This document shows, in pieces, positions 19,259-29,541 of a stretch of DNA of 64,000 bases. The DNA is taken from contig OY782781.1 of assembly GCA_963678315.1 (NCBI GenBank), positions 2,272,001-2,336,000 on the forward strand, in the 5' to 3' direction. The notes under the pieces were generated by a model. It had not been told where the DNA came from. It searched no databases and was given only the letters and a program-made list of their open reading frames with translations. The translations under genes were made by a program, and so were the position numbers. Within the stretch, counting starts at the first letter, position 1. Every line of letters begins with the position of its first letter. The DNA is from Candidatus Cloacimonadales bacterium (GTDB taxonomy: Bacteria; Cloacimonadota; Cloacimonadia; Cloacimonadales; JAFGVF01).

Positions 19259-21097
19259 TTAATAGATATCTTTTTCTGCTTTTGCTGCAACATTCATCAT
19301 TTCTGGGTGCATACCAGGTAATATATCTACAGCATGTACTGGACATACGTCAGCACAGTTTCCACATTTAACACATTCAGGTTGTGAGATAGTGTATTTT
19401 TCTTCTCTGCTACCTGAAATACAGTTAACAGGACATTTTCTAGCACATAATGAACAACCGATACATTTGTCTTTATCAATGTCGAAGTGAATAAGTGATG
19501 TACAAACTTTAGCAGGACAGCTCTTATCTTTAATATGAGCTTCATATTCACTTCTAAAGTATCTAATAGTACTTAAAACAGGATTAGGAGCAGTTTGACC
19601 TAGTCCACATAATGAAGATTTTTTAATATCTTTACCTAATCTAATAAGTTCCTCGATATCACCTTCTTTACCTTTGCCTTTAGTAATATTATCTAATATA
19701 CCGTACATTTGTTTTAGACCTAAGCGACATGGGAAACATTTACCACAAGATTCTTCAACTGAGAAGTCTAAGAAGAATTTAGCAACATTAACCATACAGT
19801 TACTGTCATCCATAACAATAACACCACCAGAACCCATCATTGCACCTTTTTCAGTCAATGATTCATAAGTAATAGGTGTATCAAGATCTTTTTCAGTTAA
19901 GCAACCACCTGATGGTCCACCAAGCTGAACAGCTTTGAATTTCTTGCCATTAGGAATTCCACCACCAACTTCAAAGATAAGCTCTCTAAGTGTGATGCCC
20001 ATAGGCACTTCAACAAGACCTGTGTTTTTCACGTCACCTGTTAAAGCGAAAACTTTAGTACCTTTTGATTTTCCTTCACCCATTGAAGCAAACCATTCAG
20101 CACCTTTATTAAAGATTGTAGGAATATTAGCTAAAGTTTCAACATTGTTAACTGTAGTTGGTTTATCCCATAATCCTTTTACAGCTGGGAATGGTGGTTT
20201 TGGAGTTGGTTGTCCTCTCATACCTTCGATAGAGTGGATAAGAGCTGTTTCTTCACCACATACGAAAGCACCAGCACCAGTTCTAACTTCAGCATCAAAC
20301 TCGAAACCACTAGCAAAAATATCTTTACCTAAAAGACCTATTTCTCTCATGTTTTCTAGAGCTTTATTGATTCTAGCAATAGCTAAAGGATATTCAGCTC
20401 TGATATAGAAATAACCTTTTGTCGCACCAATAGCATAACCTTCTACCATCATACCTTCAATGATTCTATAAGGATCACCTTCAAGTAATGATCTATCCAT
20501 GAATGCACCTGGATCACCTTCGTCAGCATTACAGATTACATATTTTTGGTCAGCTTCATTGTTATAACAGAACTGCCATTTTAAACCTGTTGGGAATCCA
20601 CCACCACCACGACCTCTAAGTCCAGATGCTTTGATAAGATCGATAGTTTCTTGTTGTGACATTTCTGACAAGACTTTACCTATAGCTTCAAATCCGCCTG
20701 TAGCAATGTATTCATCCATAGATTCAGGATCAATATGTCCACAATTTTCTAAAGCTACTTTAACTTGTTTTTGGTAGAAAGGAATATCTTTCTTAGTAGC
20801 AAGAACTTTTTCAGCTTCAGAAATCATTAATCTTTTAACAGGTCTACCTTTTAAGAAGTGTTCAGTAACAATTTCATCTACATCATCAACTGTTACTTTT
20901 TGATAGAATACACCTTCAGGGTAAACCATCATAACAGGACCGAAATCACATGGTCCCATACAACCTGTTTCAATAATATTTACTTCACTTCTTAAATCAT
21001 TTTCTTCTAATAATTCAACGAATCTATTTTTAATTTTTAATGCACCTGCTGATACACAACCAGAGCCACAGCAAATAAGTAAATCTAATCTCTTCAT
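19259..21097 (-). CDS. hndC: NADH-binding flavoprotein subunit (HndC/HydB/NuoF-like) with N-terminal 2Fe-2S and C-terminal 2x4Fe-4S domains
   Basis: GLRGRGGGGFPTG, NADEGDPGAFMDR, GAGAFVCGEETAL, ESCGKCFPCR, two CxxCxxCxxxCP. Confidence 0.93.
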   Translation of the reverse strand: MKRLDLLICCGSGCVSAGALKIKNRFVELLEENDLRSEVNIIETGCMGPCDFGPVMMVYPEGVFYQKVTVDDVDEIVTEHFLKGRPVKRLMISEAEKVLATKKDIPFYQKQVKVALENCGHIDPESMDEYIATGGFEAIGKVLSEMSQQETIDLIKASGLRGRGGGGFPTGLKWQFCYNNEADQKYVICNADEGDPGAFMDRSLLEGDPYRIIEGMMVEGYAIGATKGYFYIRAEYPLAIARINKALENMREIGLLGKDIFASGFEFDAEVRTGAGAFVCGEETALIHSIEGMRGQPTPKPPFPAVKGLWDKPTTVNNVETLANIPTIFNKGAEWFASMGEGKSKGTKVFALTGDVKNTGLVEVPMGITLRELIFEVGGGIPNGKKFKAVQLGGPSGGCLTEKDLDTPITYESLTEKGAMMGSGGVIVMDDSNCMVNVAKFFLDFSVEESCGKCFPCRLGLKQMYGILDNITKGKGKEGDIEELIRLGKDIKKSSLCGLGQTAPNPVLSTIRYFRSEYEAHIKDKSCPAKVCTSLIHFDIDKDKCIGCSLCARKCPVNCISGSREEKYTISQPECVKCGNCADVCPVHAVDILPGMHPEMMNVAAKAEKDIY

Positions 21098-21112
21098 TTT
21101 AAAAAACTCCTC

Positions 21113-21472
21113 TTATTTACTGATGATAAAATCAGCTACAGGTTGTCCATTCACTATATGTTCAGCAACAACTTTTTTAGCTTTTTCTACATCCATGTTA
21201 CCATAAGTAACAGCTTCTTTACCTTCTACAATGATATCAACCACTGGTTCCATAGAAGAAAGACCTTTTTCTCCAGTTTGACTAACTACAACATCTTTGA
21301 TTTGTCTTGTAGCTATTTCGTCTAGAAAAGTTTTCATAACTTCTCTAGCTCCCATTGCGATACCTGATGTACCCATTCCAACAACTATCTTTATTCTACT
21401 GCCTGAATTTCTCAACTTCATATCTTGTTGAGCTTTCTCACGTATTTTTCTGAGTTCAGCCAATGTTTTCAT
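21113..21472 (-). CDS. hndB: HndB-like thioredoxin-fold ferredoxin, lacking cysteines
   Basis: IVVGMGTSGIAMGAREV, QTG..G...EP, TYG, EHIVNG; position in operon. Confidence 0.8.
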   Translation of the reverse strand: MKTLAELRKIREKAQQDMKLRNSGSRIKIVVGMGTSGIAMGAREVMKTFLDEIATRQIKDVVVSQTGEKGLSSMEPVVDIIVEGKEAVTYGNMDVEKAKKVVAEHIVNGQPVADFIISK

Positions 21473-22041
21473 TAGATATCTCCCATTTTTGTATTTTTAA
21501 TTCCATTTTTTATATTTTCATCTATAAATTGAATAACATCCGGATATGTAAGAGGTATGTCTCCCAACTCTTCTTTAATAATTCTCGTATCAAATTCAAA
21601 ATAAAATTCTTGTTCCAACGTATTATGAATAATCTTTAAGAGAAAATCTGTCTCTGGATGTCCAATTATCGAACCAATTACTGTGTCTGCCAAACTTCCA
21701 ACTGGCATTCTATCAATATGGTCTTTTTTAAATATTGCTTCTAATGTTGTGCCTTTATTTACTTCGCTGGTCATTAAGAATTTACCATCACAAAGTTCAG
21801 CATTTTGTTTGAATAAAGGAATTCCTAATCCAACTTTTTTCTTTCTTTCTGACTTTGAAGTATAAAAAGGATTTAAAGCATTCTGAAGTGTTTCATTATC
21901 CATTCCTATCCCATCATCGATTATTTTAAAGCTTAGATAATTGTCCTTTTCATCAGCTTTCATAATAATTTCAACAAGCGACGAATCCGCTCTTGCTGAA
22001 TTCTCAATAATGTCCAATAAATGTAGGGATAAGTCTTGCAT
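21472..22041 (-). CDS. HATPase_c ATP-binding protein of hydrogenase-type operons
   Basis: LDIIENS (N box), DDGIGM, PFYTSK, GLGIP, GTT, HIDRMPVG. Confidence 0.88.
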   Translation of the reverse strand: MQDLSLHLLDIIENSARADSSLVEIIMKADEKDNYLSFKIIDDGIGMDNETLQNALNPFYTSKSERKKKVGLGIPLFKQNAELCDGKFLMTSEVNKGTTLEAIFKKDHIDRMPVGSLADTVIGSIIGHPETDFLLKIIHNTLEQEFYFEFDTRIIKEELGDIPLTYPDVIQFIDENIKNGIKNTKMGDI

Positions 22042-22044
22042 AAT

Positions 22045-22527
22045 TTATCTGTACTGGTTTAAAATTTCAATAACCTTATCTTTTGAATCGATTCTACCGT
22101 AAGTTTCTTCACCGATAACAAAAACAGGTGCTAATGAACATGCACCAACACATCTAACAGCACTAAGAGTAAACATACCATCTTTGGTTGTTTCACCCAT
22201 TTCAATACCTAATTCATCACTAAACATTTGAATCAATCTAGGAGCGCCTTTAACATAACAAGCTGTACCTGTACATACGTTGATAACGTACTTACCTCTT
22301 GGTTTCATTGTAAAGAAGTTGTAGAATGTCACTACACCGTAGATTTTATTAAGTGGAACACCTAACTCAATAGAAATAAATTTTTGAACTTCCATTGGTA
22401 AGTAACCAAAAATAGCTTGAGCTTCTCTCAATACTTCAATTAAAGGATTTCTAAGCTGTTTTTTAACATCAATAATTGCTTTTAAATCCCTATACATTTG
22501 GTTGTCGTAATTAGCTATTTGCGACAT
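22045..22527 (-). CDS. hndA: 2Fe-2S subunit HndA/HydC/NuoE-like
   Basis: GVVTFY, VCTGTACYVKG, RCVGACSLAP; GGAGG RBS. Confidence 0.92.
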   Translation of the reverse strand: MSQIANYDNQMYRDLKAIIDVKKQLRNPLIEVLREAQAIFGYLPMEVQKFISIELGVPLNKIYGVVTFYNFFTMKPRGKYVINVCTGTACYVKGAPRLIQMFSDELGIEMGETTKDGMFTLSAVRCVGACSLAPVFVIGEETYGRIDSKDKVIEILNQYR

Positions 22528-22887
22528 TTTTCCTCCAGTTTATATATTTTTTTAGAAATTTTTTATAAATCTGTTACCTATGAGTGTTAATCTTCATTAA
22601 ATATGAATTAAGTCAATGAATATTTGCATATTTTAATAAATTTATGGCCTATTTTTATTTTCTGATTATTGTCATAGCTTTTTGTCTTACAAAAAAGAAT
22701 AAAATTGATTACTTCTAATGAGTTTTGGCAAGATGAAATATCAGTATTTTATATTCATTATTATCCAAAAATAAGTTGTGTTTATAGCTCTAAGTATTCT
22801 ATATGACCTACTATTTAAGTTTTTTAGATAATGTTATTGTTTTTCCTTCATCTGCATTGCAAGCTAAAAATTAAATAAATGTTTAAG

Positions 22888-24084
22888 CTAATGAATTGCA
22901 TATTGCTGCACTTCTTCGAACAATAATCTATCTCTTTTTATTTCGTTAGCTAACTCCTCTTTAGTAGGCAAGTAGTGTTTATATTTTGAAGCAAAAAGCT
23001 GATTATTATCATTTAATATAGAATATTTTACGATAGTAGAATCCGTCTCACTACATAAAAGCATGCCAATTGTAGGATTATCATCCTCACCTCTTTCTAA
23101 ATCATCAAACATACGTACATACATATCCATCTGCCCAACATCTTGATGAGTCAATTTATCTGTCTTTAGATCAATTAGAACAAAACATTTGAGAATATAG
23201 TTATAGAAAACTAAATCAATATAGAAATCTGAAGTTTCGGTCCTAATAAGCTTTTGTCTAGCAACAAAAGAAAAACCTTTTCCTAGCTCAAGAAGGAAAC
23301 TTTGCAGATTAGTTATCAGAGAATCTTCTAATTTAGATTCTGTATAGCTTTTATTTCTTGGGATATCTAAGAATTCTAAGACATAAGGATTTTTAAAGAA
23401 ATCTTTTTGATTTTGTTTCATTTTGGCTGTCTTTTTTTCCATTTCTGCAATAACTGGAGCAGTTTCTTGAGAACTTAACAATCGTTCATAGTAGAGAGTA
23501 TTGTAATTTCTTTCTAATGTTCTATAAGACCAACGCTGTGACACAGCCTCATCTGTATAGTACTGTCTAGCATCACTATTTGTAATTCTGATTAGTACTC
23601 TATAATGACTCCAACTCAATTCGGGTCGCACTGCGGACCGAATTGGGTAAACATTATAAAACTGTCTCATTCTTCTAAGTGATCTTTCATTAAAGCCTTT
23701 GCCAAATTCTTTTTTAACCCATATGATGCATTAGGTTTGACGAAAATAGTGCAGATTATTTCAGCAAAATAGCTTACAGAATCGAAGCTCGAATAATATA
23801 TATTCTAGTTAAGATTATGGAAGTTATTCTTGCCAAATAATATAGTGCTATTTTTCAAGTCCTAGTGCATTATTTGGGTTTAACTCCAAAGATAGTTCTT
23901 TAAGTAATTTCCTACCATAAGTTGCTCTATCCGCTCCTTTCTGTTCTTCTTCTACAATTCTTTTACCTATGAGCCAATAAGCTTGAACCATAGCGGAATT
24001 TACAACATTACGTGCTTTACTTCTAGCTTTATTTAAAATCTCTTTAATATCTTTTATAAGTTCATTTTCATGTATTTTTACCAT
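22888..24084 (-). pseudogene. YhcG/DUF1016 PD-(D/E)xK nuclease-like gene interrupted by a 165-bp insertion
   Basis: N-part YWLIGKRIVEEEQKG..RATYG; C-part LSWSHY, KNPYVLEFL, FLLELGKGF, IDLVFY, IDLK, GQMDMY; both halves in the same frame. Confidence 0.9.
23716..23880. mobile_element. Non-autonomous MITE-like insertion with terminal inverted repeats
   Basis: Left end AACCCATATGATGCATTAGG vs reverse complement of right end AACCCAAATAATGCACTAGG (17/20); removal restores ELSLEL-KKEFGKGF. Confidence 0.85.
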
Positions 24085-24131
24085 AATTAACCAGCTCTCA
24101 TTTGCTTTACTAACTTATTTCCTTCATATAT

Positions 24132-24186
24132 TCACCCTTACTTGCCTCTTTAAAAAAAAACCGATTTTTCAAGGAGGCAAGTAAGG
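24132..24186. repeat. Palindromic intergenic repeat, copy 2
   Basis: CCTTACTTGCCTC...AAAAA-CCGA-TTTTTCAAGGAGGCAAGTAAGG. Confidence 0.85.
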
Positions 24187-24258
24187 AACAAGTATAAATT
24201 ATATAGTTTTTAATTAAGAATAGCCCCTTATTACTTTGTTATTTAAAACAATAACACC

Positions 24259-25578
24259 TTATTTTCTTTCAAGAACGATATAGTTTTCTATATGGTAAGT
24301 GTTAGGAAACATATCAAAAGGAATAACTTTGGAGACATTAAAGTCAGCTTTAATCAAATCTTGTACATCTCGCTTTTGAGTCATTGGGTTACAAGATAAG
24401 TAGAGTATTTTTTTAATAGAAGAACTTTTTATGAGCTCTCTAATTGATGTATCTAGTCCTTTTCTTGGAGGATCAAAAACTATAGTATCAATGTTAACTT
24501 GGCTTATGAGCTTATTGAAGATTTGTTCAAGATCGTTATTGATAACTTTTAAGTTTCTAACACTATTGATTTGTGTATTTTCAATAGCATCCTGAGTTGC
24601 AAATTCGTTATTCTCTACAGATATAACTTGCTTAGCTTTTTTAGCAATGTATAAGCCAATAGTAGAAACTCCACTGTAAGCATCTAAAACTATTGAATCT
24701 TTATCAATATCACGCAATATCTGATTATAAATATTCTCAGTTTGATCTCTATTTATTTGGAAGAATGATTGATAATGTATCTTATATTTCAATTGACCAA
24801 TATAATCAAAGAAATAATCATTGCCGTATAAGACTTTATCTTCAGAAGCAAGAATCTTATTAGTGTTGGAGCTATTGATATTCTGGATAATCCCAATAAT
24901 TTCAGGGTATTCACTGGTCAAAGAACTAACTAATTGATTAGTAAAAGCAAGTTTTCTCTTTCTGGTTACAATAACTATCAGGAGTTGGCCTTGCTTGTTG
25001 ATTCTAAAACCTAAATGTCTTATATTCCCTTTATGTGATTTCTCGTTATAAACTTGCTCTTTTGCTTTGGTTAAATGTAGGCAAATAAGTTTTGCAATGT
25101 TGATTATTTTTGGAGAAACTAGCTTACATTGGTCAGCTGAAATTACGTCATGAGTCATTGTTTTAAACAAACCAAAAGTAATCTCATTTCCATTATTTGT
25201 AACAGGGAAATACATTTTATTTCTATAAGAATAGAATTTTAAAGAAGAACGGCATTGTTCAATTTTATCAACATATTGAGGAAATATATCTTCTATAATT
25301 GATTTCTTAAACATTGTTTGATCATTATAGTTAACATCAAGCCAATTACAACCACCACATTTAAGAAATGATGGACAGGTTATTTCTTTTCTTTCTATAC
25401 CTGGTGATATTAGTTTAATGATTTTCCCTTTAAAATAGTCTTTCTTTTCAGAGATAACTTTGATATTAACTACATCATTAGGATATGCGTAAGGGACAAA
25501 AACTTTCTTACCTTCGTACTCCCCCATTCCAAGACCTTTGAAGACAACTTTATCTATTTTAACATCTTTTAGAATCAT
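24259..25578 (-). CDS. rlmD: 23S rRNA m5U methyltransferase
   Basis: TRAM domain, C-x5-CGGC, SFFQIN, DAYSG, DPPRKG, YLSCNP, DMFPNTYHIE. Start placed at ATG 25578 (ATGA overlap with upstream stop). Confidence 0.92.
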   Translation of the reverse strand: MILKDVKIDKVVFKGLGMGEYEGKKVFVPYAYPNDVVNIKVISEKKDYFKGKIIKLISPGIERKEITCPSFLKCGGCNWLDVNYNDQTMFKKSIIEDIFPQYVDKIEQCRSSLKFYSYRNKMYFPVTNNGNEITFGLFKTMTHDVISADQCKLVSPKIINIAKLICLHLTKAKEQVYNEKSHKGNIRHLGFRINKQGQLLIVIVTRKRKLAFTNQLVSSLTSEYPEIIGIIQNINSSNTNKILASEDKVLYGNDYFFDYIGQLKYKIHYQSFFQINRDQTENIYNQILRDIDKDSIVLDAYSGVSTIGLYIAKKAKQVISVENNEFATQDAIENTQINSVRNLKVINNDLEQIFNKLISQVNIDTIVFDPPRKGLDTSIRELIKSSSIKKILYLSCNPMTQKRDVQDLIKADFNVSKVIPFDMFPNTYHIENYIVLERK

Positions 25579-26288
25579 AATTTCCCAATCATTTTCATTA
25601 TTCTTAATTGCCATACCATCCAAATAGCTTCATAAACTATTGATTTAGACATCTTGGATTTACCATCCCTTCTTTCATAGAATACGATAGGTACTTCTTT
25701 CACTTTAAAATTTCTTATAACAGTACGATAATTCATTTCAATTTGAAAAGAATAGCCATCAGATAATATTTTATCAAGATCGATACTTTCAAGCACCTGA
25801 GTTTTAAAACACTTAAAGCCACCTGTTGGGTCGTCTATCTTCATTCCTGTAATCACTTTCACATAGAAAGAAGCAAAGTAACTCAACATTAACCTTGACA
25901 TAGGCCAATTTACTACATTTACACCTTCAGAATACCTAGAACCAATTGCTAAATCACAATCATTCATAGCCGAGATTAAGCGAGGTAAATCACTAGGTGA
26001 ATGAGAAAAATCAGCATCCATTTCTATTACATAATCAAACTTGTTTCTAATTGCAAATTTAAAGCCTTCAACATATGCTGTACCAAGTCCTAGCTTACCT
26101 TTTCTTTCTATAAGGTGTATCCGGTCTGTTTCAGTCATTAACTTGATAACTTCTTTTCCAGTACCATCAGGAGAATTATCATCTACTACTAAGATTTCAA
26201 TTCTTTCATCTTGCTCTAGTACTACATTGATTATCTTTTTGATATTATCAATTTCATTATATGTTGGAATTATAACTAATATTCTCAC
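25575..26288 (-). CDS. Polyprenol monophosphomannose synthase (DPM1-like GT2)
   Basis: IPTYNE, VDDNSPDGT, GLGTAY, MDADFSH, GYSFQIE. Confidence 0.92.
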   Translation of the reverse strand: MRILVIIPTYNEIDNIKKIINVVLEQDERIEILVVDDNSPDGTGKEVIKLMTETDRIHLIERKGKLGLGTAYVEGFKFAIRNKFDYVIEMDADFSHSPSDLPRLISAMNDCDLAIGSRYSEGVNVVNWPMSRLMLSYFASFYVKVITGMKIDDPTGGFKCFKTQVLESIDLDKILSDGYSFQIEMNYRTVIRNFKVKEVPIVFYERRDGKSKMSKSIVYEAIWMVWQLRIMKMIGKL

Positions 26289-26364
26289 CTAACCATCCTA
26301 AAATAACTTAAGACTGAGCAAACAGCCTTAAGTTAACAAAATATTATATAAAATTAATAAAATA

Positions 26365-27114
26365 CTAATCTAAATTATTGTCAAGTAATTGCTCTTGCGG
26401 AACATCTCTAAACTTTCTTGCTGGATTTCCTGCATATATTCCTGGTTCAGTATAATCTTTTGTAACTAAAGAACCTGCAGCTATAGCAACATCTTTTCCT
26501 AACGTTTTACCAGGCAATAAGGTAGAATTAACACCAATACGGCAACCTGTCTTAAGAGTAGCACCTTTAAAGTGGTTAAATCTTTCTTTATCTCTAGCCA
26601 TATAATTATCATTACTTGTAGCAACACATGGAGCAACAAAGCAGTAATCTTCAACTTCTGAATATGCTGTAATATAGGCATTAGTTTCAAATTTATTCTT
26701 GTTACCTATTTTAGTAAAATTCTCAATTGTAACATTCCTACCAATTATATTTAAATCACCAACTTCAACATTCTCTCTTACTGTAGCTAAGTCAGCAATC
26801 AGATTATTATTACCAATTTTAGATTGAACATAAATTACTACATTAGCACCAATTTGGCACATATCTCCGATTATAGCAGCGTCCATATTATCTTTAACCT
26901 TAAAGATACTTCTAGGAGAAGATAGTGGCTTCTTTCCAATAATAACATTGTCGTCTATTCTAACATGATGTCCTATCTTAGAACCTTCGTAAATTACAAC
27001 ATTGTTAGCGATTTGGCAACCATCACCAATCTCTACATTATCCATAATAATAACGTTAAATCCAATTTTAACATCATTACCAATCTTAGCTGTTTTTGAA
27101 ATAACTTGATTCAT
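26365..27114 (-). CDS. Hexapeptide-repeat acetyltransferase (WbpD/WlbB-like)
   Basis: Repeated [LIV]G hexapeptides, AGSLVTKD, YAGNPAR. Confidence 0.85.
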   Translation of the reverse strand: MNQVISKTAKIGNDVKIGFNVIIMDNVEIGDGCQIANNVVIYEGSKIGHHVRIDDNVIIGKKPLSSPRSIFKVKDNMDAAIIGDMCQIGANVVIYVQSKIGNNNLIADLATVRENVEVGDLNIIGRNVTIENFTKIGNKNKFETNAYITAYSEVEDYCFVAPCVATSNDNYMARDKERFNHFKGATLKTGCRIGVNSTLLPGKTLGKDVAIAAGSLVTKDYTEPGIYAGNPARKFRDVPQEQLLDNNLD

Positions 27115-27164
27115 ATATTCACCTTTATATAATTTTTAGATTAAAATTTTTATAATATTGAGCA

Positions 27165-27701
27165 TTATTTGATTAGTTTCGATATTTCTCTAAAACTTTC
27201 ATGTTTTGCATCTTGCATTAATTCAAATAGAATCATCTCTGTTGATAAGATATCTATTCCCTTGTTTTCTAAACGTGTAAGAGCAAATAGTTTGTTTTCT
27301 ATATTTCTTGAGGAAACAGCATCTGCTACAATACCAACTTTATATCCTTTGCTTTTCAATTCTATAGCTGTTTGCATTAAACAAACATGAGTTTCTACAC
27401 CATATATTACAATACTTGACTTTTTCAAATCAACTATAGCTTTTTCAACTTCTGCAGTAAGAGCGCTAAACTTATACTTTTCAAAGATAGGAGTACCTTT
27501 AGGTATATATATATGGTCAATAGTATGACCCAATCCTTTAGGATATTGTTCAGTGATTATTAATGGTAAACCTAGTAACTCTGAAGATTTATTTAATATA
27601 ATTGAGTTATTTATAACTTCATCCATAGAAAATATTACATTTGTGAACTTTTCTTGCATATCAATCATTAAGAAAAGTGTGTCATCTTGTTTAAAACGCA
27701 T
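27165..27701 (-). CDS. Isochorismatase-family hydrolase
   Basis: IDMQEK, TEQYPKGLG, KFS, GVETHVCL.QT, DAVSSR. Confidence 0.92.
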   Translation of the reverse strand: MRFKQDDTLFLMIDMQEKFTNVIFSMDEVINNSIILNKSSELLGLPLIITEQYPKGLGHTIDHIYIPKGTPIFEKYKFSALTAEVEKAIVDLKKSSIVIYGVETHVCLMQTAIELKSKGYKVGIVADAVSSRNIENKLFALTRLENKGIDILSTEMILFELMQDAKHESFREISKLIK

Positions 27702-27721
27702 TTATACACTCCAAAAATTTA

Positions 27722-27750
27722 TTGACTAATCTCTGTCTATATTGTATAAT
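27722..27750 (+). promoter_or_regulatory. Sigma70 promoter for the HD-GYP/trmH/dusB run
   Basis: TTGACT-17 nt-TATAAT. Confidence 0.65.
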
Positions 27751-27831
27751 GACTAATATTAATATAAATGATTTCTTGTAAATTAATATTTTACAAGATT
27801 TCATTTCAGACCTTTATATAAAGGAGCTAAA

Positions 27832-29541
27832 ATGTTTAATCTATGTGACAATGCTAAAATAAATACAGTCTTAAATGATATAGTTAAAAGAGTCAATAAT
27901 CTTGCTGAAGAACAATTAGACCATATAAACAGACTTACAGAAATTGGTTTATCACTTTCTCAAGACAATAAAATTGAGGATGTATTTGATTTAATCCTTT
28001 CTGAGGCAATTGCATTTACTAATGCTGATGGTGCAACTATCTATTCTGTTACTGAAGACAAAAAGAGTTTAGAATTTGCTTTAATGGTTACCCGTTCTAA
28101 AGGAATTAAGGCTGGCGGTAAATACGGTCAAGTTAAACTCAAACCTGTTCCGATATACAGAGAAGATGGACTACCAAACATGTCGCATCAAGCCTCTTGT
28201 GTTTTTCATACAAAAGAATTTTTAGAGTTTGATGATTATTACCATCAAGATAGATTTGATCCATCTGGAACCATAGCCTGGGACAAAGCTAATGATTATA
28301 GATGTAAATCAATGTTGGCTATCCCATTAATGAATCATGAAAAGGATGTTCTTGGAGTAATCCAGCTTATTAACGCAATAGATAAGCATACTGGTGAGAT
28401 AATAAGCTTCCCTAAAGAATCCATAACCATGGTTATGTCCTTAGCTTCCCAAGCTGCTATAGCATTAACAAACAAATACTTGATATACTCTCTAGAGAAG
28501 CTATTCAAGGAATTTATCAAAGCTATTGCGCTCGCACTTGATAGAAAATCCAAGCATACTGGTGGACATATTGAAAGAGTTGCCAAGATATGTATGATGA
28601 TTGCTAATAAAGTCAATAGTGATAAAACTGGATATTACAAGAATGTGGAGTTCTCAAAAATAGAACTTGATGAACTATCAATTGCTGCCTGGTTACATGA
28701 TGTTGGTAAAATAGCTACTCCTGATCATATAATGAATAAAGCAACAAAACTTAATCTACCATTCGATAAGATAGACCTTATAGATTCTCGAAAAGACACA
28801 ATATTAGCTTTACATAATAATGATAAGTACATACAAACTAATTTTAAAAACAGGACTAATTTCAATTATCTCGAACTTGAACCTTCAACTGAACAAGAAT
28901 ATCAACAAGCAATAATTAAGAAAATTGAAGATGACTTCTTATTCTTGCAAGAAGTAAATATAGGTGGCGAATACTTTAGCCACGAAAAAGAACTTAGTGT
29001 CAAAAGAATTGCTAAGTTTGTTTATTTCATAAATGATACAAAAAAGAATTTTATTGAAGCAGATGAACTTAAAAATCTTCTCATAGCTAGAGGTACCCAT
29101 ACTAATGAAGAAACCAAGATTATGCATGATCATGTTAAAATATCTTATGAAATATTAAATCAGATGTCTTATCCTAAAAGATATTCTAATGTACCAATCT
29201 ATGCTTCTTCACACCATGAGAAAATGAATGGAGATGGCTATCCATGGGGATTCTCAGCTGACGAGCTTCCTCTTCAATCAAGGATATTAGCAGTATCGGA
29301 TATATTCGAAGCTTTAACTGCTCCTGATAGACCATACAAATCTGGGAAAAAGCTCTCTGAATCAATGAAGATACTTGCATATATGGTTAAAGATGGTCAT
29401 ATTGATAAGAATCTTTTCAAATTAATCCTTGACTCAAACTTTATTGAAGAATATTCGGAGAAACATATTCCTGCTATCCAACAGGATGAAATTGACAAAG
29501 AAAAGCTATTGGAGATGATAAATAACCTCGATGATAAGTAA
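27832..29541 (+). CDS. GAF + HD-GYP phosphodiesterase
   Basis: GAF (SMLAIPL..GVIQLIN), LHDVGKI, HHEKMNGDGYP, DIFEALT..RPYK. Confidence 0.92.
   Translation: MFNLCDNAKINTVLNDIVKRVNNLAEEQLDHINRLTEIGLSLSQDNKIEDVFDLILSEAIAFTNADGATIYSVTEDKKSLEFALMVTRSKGIKAGGKYGQVKLKPVPIYREDGLPNMSHQASCVFHTKEFLEFDDYYHQDRFDPSGTIAWDKANDYRCKSMLAIPLMNHEKDVLGVIQLINAIDKHTGEIISFPKESITMVMSLASQAAIALTNKYLIYSLEKLFKEFIKAIALALDRKSKHTGGHIERVAKICMMIANKVNSDKTGYYKNVEFSKIELDELSIAAWLHDVGKIATPDHIMNKATKLNLPFDKIDLIDSRKDTILALHNNDKYIQTNFKNRTNFNYLELEPSTEQEYQQAIIKKIEDDFLFLQEVNIGGEYFSHEKELSVKRIAKFVYFINDTKKNFIEADELKNLLIARGTHTNEETKIMHDHVKISYEILNQMSYPKRYSNVPIYASSHHEKMNGDGYPWGFSADELPLQSRILAVSDIFEALTAPDRPYKSGKKLSESMKILAYMVKDGHIDKNLFKLILDSNFIEEYSEKHIPAIQQDEIDKEKLLEMINNLDDK

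Noticed and set aside
19259..22527. Selenoprotein among the hnd genes
   Set aside because: No in-frame TGA in these ORFs, and I saw no TGA read-through candidate elsewhere in the window
22528..22887. Rex or other redox-regulator site upstream of hndA
   Set aside because: No convincing TTGTGAA-N4-TTCACAA match
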